Source of the DNA: a virus
Lineage: Duplodnaviria > Caudoviricetes
DNA: 48,141 nucleotides
IMG/VR virus record: IMGVR_UViG_3300022777_000062
Span: 1-48,141 of that record
Direction: 5' to 3' (one strand)
Made by a program: the position numbers and the translations under genes. The first letter of the stretch is position 1. The number at the start of each line of letters is the position of its first letter. The notes beneath the pieces were generated by a model, which saw only the letters and a list, made by a program, of their open reading frames with translations, ran no database searches and was not told the DNA's origin. Of the stretch, positions 27,801 through 36,997 are shown in pieces.

Positions 27801-28395
27801 ACTTGCCTTGGAGGAATTTAATGCCAGCTGGACCGGTTTTGTAATATGAGGGCGCCCACCATGCGTACCCTAGTTCAACCGCCTCAGTAGTCATGTCATA
27901 GAAATCGCGCTCTGGAATCTTGAACTTTTTCTTAATCTGCAGCATTCGGTCCCAGTTGGTGCGAATTTGTTCCTCGAGTCCAAACTGTGCCAAGGTTTCC
28001 TCCAGCTCACCTTGGAACATTCGTTTTGCACGTAGTAAATATTGGCGGATGAGGCCGGAAGGAGTAGCATCATCACCAAGCTGTCCGAAAGTTTTCCACA
28101 CGGCAAAGTGCTTGGCGAGTGTGTGTTGCACGCTGCGCATAGTGGTGCCAGGTTTGAGTGCGGGGGCAGCCACCATGCGCATTGCCCGTTGCAACTTCTG
28201 CTCGAAACTCATGGCAGCTTGGCGGCGGAATCGGTTTGAAGTACCACCACCTTGCCGTGTTTGCCATAGCCTGTCACTCAACGTGTAGACGCGTCGCTCG
28301 ATGTCATCCAACTCTTCAGGGTCAAAAACTTTACGCACCTCTGAGCTGTCGAGTAAATCCTTTGGTGTTACGCAGCGATCGTTGGTGTTGGGCAT
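24847..28395 (-). CDS. Large internal virion (ejection) protein
   Basis: 1182 aa, helical; position between core proteins and fibre. Confidence 0.65.
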   Translation of the reverse strand: MPNTNDRCVTPKDLLDSSEVRKVFDPEELDDIERRVYTLSDRLWQTRQGGGTSNRFRRQAAMSFEQKLQRAMRMVAAPALKPGTTMRSVQHTLAKHFAVWKTFGQLGDDATPSGLIRQYLLRAKRMFQGELEETLAQFGLEEQIRTNWDRMLQIKKKFKIPERDFYDMTTEAVELGYAWWAPSYYKTGPAGIKFLQGKYQQALDRMARLGLDEATQNEIMTMGRKMADTYHDVLHLARNQGIEVGELENLGFFPRNLTQQFEERLKIAKDQELGEADRILNSFDAGNKDGMTKAFQKARNTFNYIVEDDVVLDAMLRAQNPNIYEELGVSGISELIDEGNGKKIADALFNRLSDRQLETLSEHGILSKIPMTSPEMRDWAFERFQLPERHQDQSLRKMMSVDWPSAFSNYRKQLKSAAGQSGFIWGMIRNSVGDDGNPAPWGVTRTDLAKDTGGKFQNFVPLLPQTGEGSRAVIPREMIQGFVDKNVESIDNMPQIFVDPRAADMFRSMADLTTEPTNLAGLGNIIKTFNSAFKAMATASPSFLTTQAIGPVFQMWAAGGNWMNYMSSVSKMLSVTARAAQDLTKDPSLRKPFSSLIREVLDDKKKLYKGVDGELVTEAELYSQARRFNFVNDLTPDIGEDVTKGGPQAFKAREVKNIMRHISAHYGQMGLLRGTGKTLKDAPGILKQALLDPLTNFTATLGTEMENAARFETLKTLTFDRKQGNNFLEKLSQSRAAKFIQTQKIEEFDDLDSAIEHAQNYFFMFDDRGVADENISNFVIPFWSYMSRNPVSQVRGAMKHPVQYGNILHAYNVMHQRSEDRVEEEIGGSLRDITPGFVEEQRPLYWTVDLDTDEDDDTRPLVFYLPTRSIDPIGDAFEMISNFGDGVGWGVDKALQSAGILDKEDVEHRSESAFAKRQREENKFLDTETASFLGRLLNETFGQWKGLVGAGFGQEIGTGRKIEDERTSFLGIPMPGSVRYVLEESFPLLQRINDGNPGKIFGQRGGYVIGDDGKSVELVQSKDSIFGAERTDFDKNQYYDGLADRMIGAQTWLRVDYIDPMYNLSSNISDARRNIRNMESKLRDKREELRTETDPQDIKRKKDELATMMQTLAEMRASVRRVEKWADQNNLQPKNAYKQMRKEQIKPPKLNRNERKKAYKETIKNILERSDEEAKEAINGRQ

Positions 28396-28410
28396 GGTGT
28401 GGCTTCCTCC

Positions 28411-31400
28411 TTATTCATCGTCAAAAGTACAGTTATTTAAGTAGCGCTTTAACGCATCCCAGTTGTCGTCAGCCTCATCTAAAAAGTCATCAACAGGCTC
28501 ATCGGGGTTCCATTCAGCATCAACTAAATCATTCACCTCATCCTCTAACTGGCGGATGGCGTCTTGCCGTGCCAACTCTTCCGCATCGAGGGACTCGTTA
28601 AAGGCTTCGCGGCTCGCTTCATTGGCTTCCTCCTGTGCATCCCACGCACGTTCACTTGCTTCCGTCTGGGCTGTTTCGCTGGCTTCTTCAATGGCACTCG
28701 ATTCAGCAACATCAGACTGCAGCTTATTGGCGCGGGTGGTGTTGTTGGCCACTTCATCGTCAATCAAAGAATCAACGAAACGACGGGAGCCTTTCATGTC
28801 GAGCTCATCAGCATCACCGACTTCCGCTTGCTTGCTGATGGTTTGTGCTTGCTCGGGATTCAGGAGGTTAACGTCGCGATTCCCTTGCTCGTTAACTCGG
28901 TAGAGTGCATCGTAGCCGCGTATACGTAGGTTCTGCGTTACGTCTTTCTGGAATTCCCTAACACGTTGTTCGGTTAGCTCGCCCTGCTCTGCCAACTGCG
29001 TACGAAATTGGTCAAAGTAGTCCTGAATGCTGCGCTCGGTACGGATGGAGCGTTTGTAGTTGGTGGCGAACTGTTGGTTGGGGCTGTGTATTTCCCCTAC
29101 GTCTTTGAAGATTTGCCGAATGTCTTTGCCTTCATCGGGTAGATTGGACGTTGCAATGTCTGCACGAATTGGAGTGTCGGTAACCGCACCAACTTTGAAA
29201 ACTTGTCCTCTAGGCAAATATTCCACGTCGTCGAGGTTAGGGCGATTAGGAGGTGGGAACGATTTAGCATATTCCTCAGCAACCTTTGGTCTGTCTGTCA
29301 AGTGCAACCCAATGCCGATTTCTGTAGCAGAACCGCCACTGTCAGGGTCAATAGCAGAAAACAAATTGTCACTGCTGTTTGGCAAACGCTGAATATTAAC
29401 TTGCGTACCGTGGTAGAAGTCAGTTTTCTTTAAGTCCTCAGCCTCAGGTTTCAGCTGCGCCTTTCTAGCTTGGAACGTTTCATCATCAATTTGCCGCAAG
29501 ACTTCACCAGCTGAAACGTCGTACTCAAGCGCCTCCACTTCATCAGCAAAGTTCAAGCGCTCCATACCTTCCGGCCTTTCATCTAGCGCTTTTTCCCTGC
29601 CTGCTCGCACTCGTTTCGCTGCTTCCGCCTCAGACTGCTGAATGCGTGCTTCGGAAGATTCCATGTCTGCCGTACGCTCATTCTTGACCTTTCGACTCAA
29701 GTTTTCGTCGGAGGCGTTTTCCATGTCACGAGGCATGGTGGTGTCACGTTGGTGCCTGGCAATAGACTCAGGTTCAGCAACATTAAGCGCGCGTTCGTAC
29801 TCTTGTGCGCGTTTTTGGTACTTTTCCAGGGACTTGGTAGCTTGGCCCGACGACTCGGCTGATTGGACTTCTTGGGACGCACGTTCAACTTGGGCGCGTT
29901 TGTCTTTCAGCATTTGCTCGAAACGACGGACCTGGTTTTCTTTGGCTTTCGCTTCAGCATTTTGCCGCAAGCTACGAATCTGTTGCGCTTGTTCCCGGAT
30001 TCGTAGTTGTCGCGCTGTTTCGTTTTCACCGAGGGCCTCGAGCTTCTTGAAATCCGCCTCAACATCAGCATCTTGTTTCGGCTCGAACAAGCGTGCGTAG
30101 GTCCCGGAACTACCCGTGGCTGGGTCGAAAGGTTCCACTTGGATTTCCGCTGCTGTTTCGCTGAGGTTGTCGCTTAATTCTTTTCCTTTTTGACTATACA
30201 GTAAACCGTGCTCTTCGCGTAACTGTTTTAGCTCACCATCACTTAGTGGCTTGGTGCGGCCTTTCCTCACGTGCCCGTAACGCTTGGCCAGTTCCGTGAG
30301 TTGTTCCCTCGTGCGCTCTACCTTTTTCTTTTCGAGTGCTGGTAGTGGATTCTTCCTGTCAACATCCAACTTCTGCGCCGCGGTTTTGGGGTAATCCAGC
30401 ACCCGCACGTCCATGACATCGTCTTTCTGCTGCTGGTATGTGTTTCCTTCTTCCGTTACGTCATTAACATCGGAAGGCGTTTCACCTTGAGCATCAGCAT
30501 TAGTCCTCTGTCGCCTAGCCTTAGTACTGTCTGACTTGGCCTGCTTTTCTACTTGCTGCTCCCGCGTGTCTTTGTACAAGCCTTTTTCTTTCGGCGTAGA
30601 ATTTTCCGGGAGTAATCCGACGGTCTTGGGGTTACCGTATGCCTGCACGCTTATTTGTGCGCTGTCTGTGTCGTCACTCAAAAGCCACTCACGGACTTTA
30701 ACTTGTTTGCCCGACTCATCCACCTCGGTCGAAGCTTTTTCCTTTGTGGGGGTTACAATGATTTCTATGTCGGCTTCAGGTTCAACAGACTTGGCAGTGG
30801 GTTGTTCGCGCTTGTTGCTGCTGATTTGTTTGTCGTCTGGTACTAATTCAGCACGTTCCGGATTGTCTTCCTTGGGATTCGAAACGAGGGGGTTGGGCTT
30901 TTCCCCTTTAAATTTAATGCTGCCATCAAACTCTGGTGTTGGTGTTGTTGTTACTTTAGGCGAAACGTCGGAAACAAAATCCGGACTTTTGTTGGGGAAA
31001 TTCTTGGCCATTTTCGCGGACTTGGCTGCGTTACTGGCAGCTCCCGTAGCTAGTCCAATGCCACCCTCGATGAATCCGCCGAGTATGAAATCACCAGCAA
31101 GAGCACCAGCCCATTGCCAGAAATTCCGGTCCTCTTTGTCTTTTGCTATTGGTGTTATTAGTGTCTTGTTTTCTGACTGTGAACCGAGGAACGTGTAGTC
31201 ACTGCCGAGGAACGCGTCTTGGAGTACGTTTTCACCATCAGCAGAACCACCACTAGCCATGTCGTATAATTTGTTTGCTGTTGCCATGGCCATGTTCTGT
31301 GGCAAGTTGAGGGCGTAGTTTATGGCGCCGAGTGTGCCTTTACCAAACTCACCGAAGGACCAGTCAAACAAATCCATTTGGTCCTTTTCACCATCACGTG

Positions 31401-32760
31401 GAACATCCTGTGCTACTTGGTTTAACACTACGCTTGAGGCGAAGTTGTCTTGGCTGTTTTCCTGGAACCTCTTCGCCATTGACTTCCCCGTTTCGTCCGT
31501 GGGTTCATCGTTGGGCAAGAAGTCGGAACCTGCAGTGTCAGTTGGTCCATCATCAGCATCATCAGGGGCGAAGATGGAACCTTCACCGCCAGCTTTGAAA
31601 AACGATGATGTGATGTCTGACGTGAGTTCCATCCCTGAAGCTAACACACCTGTCAAGGATTTTGAAGGGCTGATGAGTGCTTCACCTTGTTCTAGCTCCG
31701 GGTCGTCGAAGCCTTTTTGGAAGCCTTCTTGAAATTCCTCAACAACACCACCTTCACCATTAACAGCATTCTTGATTCCCTCAGCAACAGCAGAACCAAA
31801 GTTCCTCGGCGTCATTTTGCTGATGAAATTTCTGTTTTCAGCTTGGACCTGGCGAGTTTCTTTGTTTTCCACATCCTCATCCTCGACGTTGATGTTGCTC
31901 CCGCGGTCCACTTCAAAGTTCTGCTCTTGCTGTTCTTCCTCTGTCGTTACGTTGTCTACAGTGAAGTCTGTGGTTTGTTGGCTCCGTTTCTTGATGCCAC
32001 CGTAATCTAGCTTTGGCCCTTTGTTTTTGTCTGCTACTAAGTCAACATCCAGCTCTTCCCTCGGTCCTCGTGACATCGTGGCTCGAGGTGTCTGGCCTTT
32101 GCTGTAGAGCATCGAAACAACGGGGCTGTGAATATTGCTGCTGTTTTTAAAGTGCCAGTTAAACGGAACCAACGTAGAGCTTTCATCAACAGAAAAGTCC
32201 GCGCTTGCTGTGTCTGTGTCAAACTCCAGCATGAAGGGAGTTTCTTGGGCGTAAGTAGGTACGTTGGGATTTTTAACGTCGCCTTCAGCTTGGCGTATGA
32301 ATTCTTCAGTAGGCTTGAGTAGGTTCCGGAAAGTTTCTGCAACACGCTGCTGTTGTTCGATTTCCGCCTCCGTTTCGACTTGCTCCGCTACTTCCGAAAC
32401 GGAGGAAAGGTTAGTTTGCTCCGATTCAACGGTGGGACTTTCCGGAAAACTGAATGCTTCTTCGGTGCGGATGTTGGCTGGCTTAGCATCAGCCGCAACC
32501 TTCGTAACAATGCCAGGAGTTTCCGGGTCTGGCTGTTGTATTGTTTGGAAGCGTTCTTCTTCTAATTGTTGTTGTTGCTCTTCTGTTGCTTGGTCTTCGG
32601 GGCTGGGGTCTGCGGAGCCTGGCTTGGCTTGGGCGGCTCGGGCAACTTTTTCCTCGGGCTTGTCCTGAGGTTCCGCCACATCCATTTCCGGAATTTCGCG
32701 CCCTTGGGTGGCTTCTAGTTCACTCCGCCTAACTTGCTTAAAGAAATTGCTCTGCGTCAT
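28411..32760 (-). CDS. Large acidic internal virion protein with C-terminal ADP-ribosyltransferase-like domain
   Basis: 1449 aa; central hydrophobic WAGALAGDFILGG stretch; FYHGT...GLHLTDRPKVAEEYA...GQVFKV...RGYDAL. Confidence 0.7.
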   Translation of the reverse strand: MTQSNFFKQVRRSELEATQGREIPEMDVAEPQDKPEEKVARAAQAKPGSADPSPEDQATEEQQQQLEEERFQTIQQPDPETPGIVTKVAADAKPANIRTEEAFSFPESPTVESEQTNLSSVSEVAEQVETEAEIEQQQRVAETFRNLLKPTEEFIRQAEGDVKNPNVPTYAQETPFMLEFDTDTASADFSVDESSTLVPFNWHFKNSSNIHSPVVSMLYSKGQTPRATMSRGPREELDVDLVADKNKGPKLDYGGIKKRSQQTTDFTVDNVTTEEEQQEQNFEVDRGSNINVEDEDVENKETRQVQAENRNFISKMTPRNFGSAVAEGIKNAVNGEGGVVEEFQEGFQKGFDDPELEQGEALISPSKSLTGVLASGMELTSDITSSFFKAGGEGSIFAPDDADDGPTDTAGSDFLPNDEPTDETGKSMAKRFQENSQDNFASSVVLNQVAQDVPRDGEKDQMDLFDWSFGEFGKGTLGAINYALNLPQNMAMATANKLYDMASGGSADGENVLQDAFLGSDYTFLGSQSENKTLITPIAKDKEDRNFWQWAGALAGDFILGGFIEGGIGLATGAASNAAKSAKMAKNFPNKSPDFVSDVSPKVTTTPTPEFDGSIKFKGEKPNPLVSNPKEDNPERAELVPDDKQISSNKREQPTAKSVEPEADIEIIVTPTKEKASTEVDESGKQVKVREWLLSDDTDSAQISVQAYGNPKTVGLLPENSTPKEKGLYKDTREQQVEKQAKSDSTKARRQRTNADAQGETPSDVNDVTEEGNTYQQQKDDVMDVRVLDYPKTAAQKLDVDRKNPLPALEKKKVERTREQLTELAKRYGHVRKGRTKPLSDGELKQLREEHGLLYSQKGKELSDNLSETAAEIQVEPFDPATGSSGTYARLFEPKQDADVEADFKKLEALGENETARQLRIREQAQQIRSLRQNAEAKAKENQVRRFEQMLKDKRAQVERASQEVQSAESSGQATKSLEKYQKRAQEYERALNVAEPESIARHQRDTTMPRDMENASDENLSRKVKNERTADMESSEARIQQSEAEAAKRVRAGREKALDERPEGMERLNFADEVEALEYDVSAGEVLRQIDDETFQARKAQLKPEAEDLKKTDFYHGTQVNIQRLPNSSDNLFSAIDPDSGGSATEIGIGLHLTDRPKVAEEYAKSFPPPNRPNLDDVEYLPRGQVFKVGAVTDTPIRADIATSNLPDEGKDIRQIFKDVGEIHSPNQQFATNYKRSIRTERSIQDYFDQFRTQLAEQGELTEQRVREFQKDVTQNLRIRGYDALYRVNEQGNRDVNLLNPEQAQTISKQAEVGDADELDMKGSRRFVDSLIDDEVANNTTRANKLQSDVAESSAIEEASETAQTEASERAWDAQEEANEASREAFNESLDAEELARQDAIRQLEDEVNDLVDAEWNPDEPVDDFLDEADDNWDALKRYLNNCTFDDE

Positions 32761-32771
32761 TACGGTCCTCC

Positions 32772-35700
32772 TTAATCAGCATAGTGCGGCACGACAGCAC
32801 CATTTTTATTGAGCATCTGGTTACACACTTGGCAGCCTTCGACTTGCTCCCGATGAATCCTCTGCCTGTTTCGAGTACCACGTTCATCCGGCGTGTGGTA
32901 ACGTCGCCCCACGTGATTACCGAGTAACTTGAGGTATTGGTTGAATGTGCGCTTACCATCATTTAACTTGGCGCGTTTTTTCTTGTCCATTTGTGCTGCT
33001 TTTTCGCCACCCCACATAGCAGCAAAAACATCATCCAAATCCTTCATTTTTCTAACCGGCTGCTGCTCGAGGTATTTGCGGAGGACGTCCATTTGCTCGT
33101 GGCGATTTCGATTAAGCATGCCTTTGGATTCCCCAGTCACCCGTTTCGCTGTGGCATCTGTCAGTTGAGGGAGTCCTTTGTTTGGCGAGTCTACGTCTTG
33201 GGTCTGACTGTTGAAACTCCCGCCCGTATTGAATGCCACAATGTCCGCTAACCATTGGCCCGGAATACCTAGTTGGTTCGCCGTGTGGTTCAGTTTCTTT
33301 GCAAATTCCGGGTCGTCCCGTAACGCTGAGTAGCCGTGGTTGCTGTTGAGGTCTGTCTTTGCCTCGTAATACTGACGTTGGCGCGGTGCCTTGTCACGTT
33401 TGTAAGGCTTGGCCACGTTACGCTGCATGTGGATGGGTAACTGACTCTTTGGTGCGGGTTGGTCTTTAGCAACATCACCACCGGGCATGGTTTGGTTTGA
33501 TGGTGGTCCGTTGCTACGTGGTTCCGCTTGAGTTTGCCGGTTGAGGTTGAGGTAACGTTCAGGGTCGAAAGTGTTAGCGTGTTGCGTTTCCCGTATGTTT
33601 TTGCCGCTTCCCCATACCGGGTCACCTCGCCAAACTTGGAAGTGTAAGTGTGGACCAGTACCAGAACCTGAAGTACCAACAGTACCCACGCTTTGACCCG
33701 GTGCTACCCGTTGGCCGACTTGGACAGTAGCTTTACCGAGGTGGCTAAATTGCTCGGTGTGTCCATCAGGTGTTTTGATGAGTACCGTTCTGCCGAATCC
33801 AGGAATGTTGTCCTTAACTGCTAATACCCGGCCGCCTTGTATAGCCGAAACGGGGGTGCCTTTCTGAGCCGCTATGTCAACACCATTGTGCAATTCTTGA
33901 CCTGTACCATCGGGATTTTCGCGTGGTCCGTAACGGCTCGTGATGCGTGTCTTCCCTTCAAACTTTTTCTGGAATGGCAGCTTAACCCCATTGTCAGTTG
34001 CTAGGGACGCAGTTTCTGGGGTTTGAGGTTGGTAACTGCGCCCCTTGTTAGGGTTTGGTACACCAGTGTCACTCATTGCTTGCCGGTCCGGGGAACTGGG
34101 AGTTGACTGAACCGTTTCTAGTAGAGGTTTTAATTCTGCTTCTTTTTCTTCGAGTCCCGAAGTGTCCGTTAAATCCGCGACGTTGATGCCGCCCATGCGC
34201 TCCCACTTGGCACGTTTCTGAGCCATTTCCTTGAGGATGCTTTTACGTTTGTTTTTGAGGAGGCGGAGGGCTTCTTCTGCTTGCCTGGTAGTGAATCCAT
34301 CAGTCTGCTGAGCCTTTTTACGTACCTGCTCGCTGATTCGAGGGAGGATGATTCGCTGGGTCGATTCATCATACACTGGTGTTGGTTGTAGGTCGTCGCC
34401 ACCTTCACCACCACCAATGATGTTCTTGAGGTTGACACCAGTCTTTTCCTCAATTTCTGCTGCTGTGTTCCAGAGGTCTTCCTGTAAACGTTTGAACTCT
34501 TCGTGGTCATTTTGCAGGTCTTTAATCGTACCCTTGAGGTAGTCAGGAAAGGCTCCAGCGTCTTCTTTACGGGACGCCATTTCAATCGCACGCCGTACTT
34601 CTTCGTTTCCATTTACGTATTCAAGTGCTAAACGTGCGGTCTGTGCTGTTGAAATGTCTTGGGCTTGTTCGTTGGCAATGGCAGAATCGTCACGGGTTTG
34701 TAATTCCTTGCTTTTTTGTACTGTTTGAATGCGGTCGTTAGCTTCTTTGAGTTTTTCAGTACGCGTCTTGAATACGTCGCCCGCTACCTCAGGAACACCA
34801 TGCTTGAGGCCGAGCTTCCGTATTGTGCGATTCAACTGGTTTCCCGTGATTTCCCCACGCGCGTACTTCTGGTAAACAGGTTCCGCTTCATCGGCGTAGT
34901 TATTGAGTCGCTTAATCTTTTCACGAGCTTGAGCCTGAGCATCAGCACTCGCAGTAGCAGAATCCCGGATGTCCTTTAACAGAGGAAGCATGACATTATT
35001 AAAGGCAGCGGGTTCATCGGTCCGCGTTTCGGCCATTTGCTGAGCTTTCTGCATGACATTGTCGAGGATTTTCTGAGCCTCCTCCGGGTCGTTCGTGTGT
35101 TCGAGGCGGGCAATGTCACTGCTCAGCTGCATCCGGATTTTTTCCGTTTGAATCTGCTCAACCTTTTCCTTCTGGTTGCGCATTTGCTGGATGGCATGTT
35201 GGGTGCGGCTTTGTTCAACATCATCCAGCTCTTGGTGCACCATGTCGTTAAGTTCACGGACAAGCTCCGGATTGTCTACCTTCTTTCGAACCTCGTTAAT
35301 AACTTGCCGCGATTGCTCACGAAACTGTTGGGTCCCTTCTTCGAGGCCTTCCTCACGAATTGTTCGCCGCATATTGATGATTTCCTCTTGGAGCCTTTTC
35401 TTTGCGGCGGTCTTCGTGATTTCTGCAGCTCGCTTTTTGCGCTTTTTGCTGAGTTGTTGGGCGGCTTGTTCCTCGAGGGCACGGCGCTTTTCTTTCCGTT
35501 TCGTGATGGTGTTGACGGTTTGCGCCACTTTCTGCATGGCAGCGCCTAAATTTTGCGCTCCCTTGTCAAACCCCTTCGTAGCTAAGTCTGCAATTTCAGC
35601 TTGGGCCGTAGCTTCATTAGCTTCAGCCAAAGCCTCAAAAGCAGCATCATTAGCAGCTTGAACTTCATCGAACTTCTGCGATGTTTGGTCCGGCAGTTGT

Positions 35701-35807
35701 GTGGATTCCGGGAATTGTAAATTCTGGATTCCCGTATTAGGCGTGTTTACCCCCTGTACTCGTAACGTGGGAGTCTGTTGCTGCTGTCTTGATGGTCCTT
35801 GGGTCAT
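32772..35807 (-). CDS. Internal virion protein with M23 peptidase and SLT-like domain
   Basis: HNGVD, HL, GPHLHF (M23); WLADIVAFNTGG...GLPQ (lytic transglycosylase-like). Confidence 0.85.
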   Translation of the reverse strand: MTQGPSRQQQQTPTLRVQGVNTPNTGIQNLQFPESTQLPDQTSQKFDEVQAANDAAFEALAEANEATAQAEIADLATKGFDKGAQNLGAAMQKVAQTVNTITKRKEKRRALEEQAAQQLSKKRKKRAAEITKTAAKKRLQEEIINMRRTIREEGLEEGTQQFREQSRQVINEVRKKVDNPELVRELNDMVHQELDDVEQSRTQHAIQQMRNQKEKVEQIQTEKIRMQLSSDIARLEHTNDPEEAQKILDNVMQKAQQMAETRTDEPAAFNNVMLPLLKDIRDSATASADAQAQAREKIKRLNNYADEAEPVYQKYARGEITGNQLNRTIRKLGLKHGVPEVAGDVFKTRTEKLKEANDRIQTVQKSKELQTRDDSAIANEQAQDISTAQTARLALEYVNGNEEVRRAIEMASRKEDAGAFPDYLKGTIKDLQNDHEEFKRLQEDLWNTAAEIEEKTGVNLKNIIGGGEGGDDLQPTPVYDESTQRIILPRISEQVRKKAQQTDGFTTRQAEEALRLLKNKRKSILKEMAQKRAKWERMGGINVADLTDTSGLEEKEAELKPLLETVQSTPSSPDRQAMSDTGVPNPNKGRSYQPQTPETASLATDNGVKLPFQKKFEGKTRITSRYGPRENPDGTGQELHNGVDIAAQKGTPVSAIQGGRVLAVKDNIPGFGRTVLIKTPDGHTEQFSHLGKATVQVGQRVAPGQSVGTVGTSGSGTGPHLHFQVWRGDPVWGSGKNIRETQHANTFDPERYLNLNRQTQAEPRSNGPPSNQTMPGGDVAKDQPAPKSQLPIHMQRNVAKPYKRDKAPRQRQYYEAKTDLNSNHGYSALRDDPEFAKKLNHTANQLGIPGQWLADIVAFNTGGSFNSQTQDVDSPNKGLPQLTDATAKRVTGESKGMLNRNRHEQMDVLRKYLEQQPVRKMKDLDDVFAAMWGGEKAAQMDKKKRAKLNDGKRTFNQYLKLLGNHVGRRYHTPDERGTRNRQRIHREQVEGCQVCNQMLNKNGAVVPHYAD

Positions 35808-35809
35808 GA

Positions 35810-36997
35810 TTATTCGCTACCTCCTACTCCGCTTCCTACTCCGCTTCCTACTCCGCTTCCTGTTCCGCTAAGCAGTCCCGGTGATGTGAACGATGCTTCC
35901 GACTCTTCCGGGTTAAAAGGCGGCGTAACAGTGGGTGTCTGGTCAGGCGAAGGGCTGAAAGGCTGGGGGTCTGCGGCTAACCTTTCTACCCTGCTTTGCC
36001 TCGGTTGGGGGTTGGGGTCTGGTCCGAGTAGTCCAGTTTGTGTGGCTTGGTTAACAAGTCCAGCAGCACCGCTCGCAATAGCACCAATGCCGGGACCCTG
36101 TATGGCGTCTGCTTTTGCTTGACGTTGCTGAATGCCGGCACGTGTCTGAATGACGCGGGAACTTTGCTGAGCGGACCGTGCAGCTTGGTTGGCGAAGAAA
36201 GCAGCTTCACTGGCGTTTCGGTTCCTCGCTGTTTGAAACTTGATGTTGGAGCGGGACAATTCATTTTGGATGTCAAATGCTTGCTCCTGTCGGTCAGCTT
36301 GTTCGGAAAGAAAACCGGAAGCTGCTTCACCCGCTGTCCTCGCAATGGAAGCACGTTCAGCAGCGAAACGGTCCCGGGCTTGTTGGGCTTCCTCGATGCT
36401 CTGTGATTGGTCAGTTAAGCGGCGTTGAGCTTGGTTGGCTTGTTGGCGCTGCTCAACAGCTCGGGGATTAACCGCCCCTCTTTGACTCGCAGAACGAGCT
36501 TGGTCCGCGGCATCAACTTGGCGACGTTGCTGTCGTTGGGACCGCTGTTCTTCTGTAACCTGTTGTTGCTGCTGAGCGATTTGTTGACCGCGCTCTTGTA
36601 ACGCTTGTTGCTGTCTTTCAGATTGAGCGCCCTGTTGCTCAGCTTGAGCTAAAATCTGTGTTGCTTGTTGTTCGGCTTGCTCCAGCACCTGTTTCGCTTG
36701 GGCTTCAGTTTGTAGCAAAGCCGTTCGTTGCTGTAACTCTTGGGCACGCTGCTGCTGGTATGCCTGCTTTTCTTGAGCATCAATAAGCAGCATTTCCTTT
36801 TCATGTTGTTTGCGGGCCAGTTCTTTATTTTGTTCGAACTGTTCTTGACTTAGTTCAAGTTGCTCCCGAGCTAGCAAATTCCTCTGTTCGAGCCGTTCCC
36901 GTCTAGCTTCAGCCTTCCGTTTTTGGGCACTGATTTGTGACACGGTGCCGGCAGCGGAAAGGCCAAGACTCACGGCTGCTCCTGCTCCGCCTGCCAT
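35810..36997 (-). CDS. Internal virion protein (gp14-like, Q/A-rich)
   Basis: MAGGAGAAVSLGLSAAG N-terminus, coiled coil, position after tail tubular B. Confidence 0.7.
   Translation of the reverse strand: MAGGAGAAVSLGLSAAGTVSQISAQKRKAEARRERLEQRNLLAREQLELSQEQFEQNKELARKQHEKEMLLIDAQEKQAYQQQRAQELQQRTALLQTEAQAKQVLEQAEQQATQILAQAEQQGAQSERQQQALQERGQQIAQQQQQVTEEQRSQRQQRRQVDAADQARSASQRGAVNPRAVEQRQQANQAQRRLTDQSQSIEEAQQARDRFAAERASIARTAGEAASGFLSEQADRQEQAFDIQNELSRSNIKFQTARNRNASEAAFFANQAARSAQQSSRVIQTRAGIQQRQAKADAIQGPGIGAIASGAAGLVNQATQTGLLGPDPNPQPRQSRVERLAADPQPFSPSPDQTPTVTPPFNPEESEASFTSPGLLSGTGSGVGSGVGSGVGGSE

Noticed and set aside
35821-35860. 12-bp tandem repeat
   Set aside because: Simply encodes a GSGV linker at the end of a virion protein
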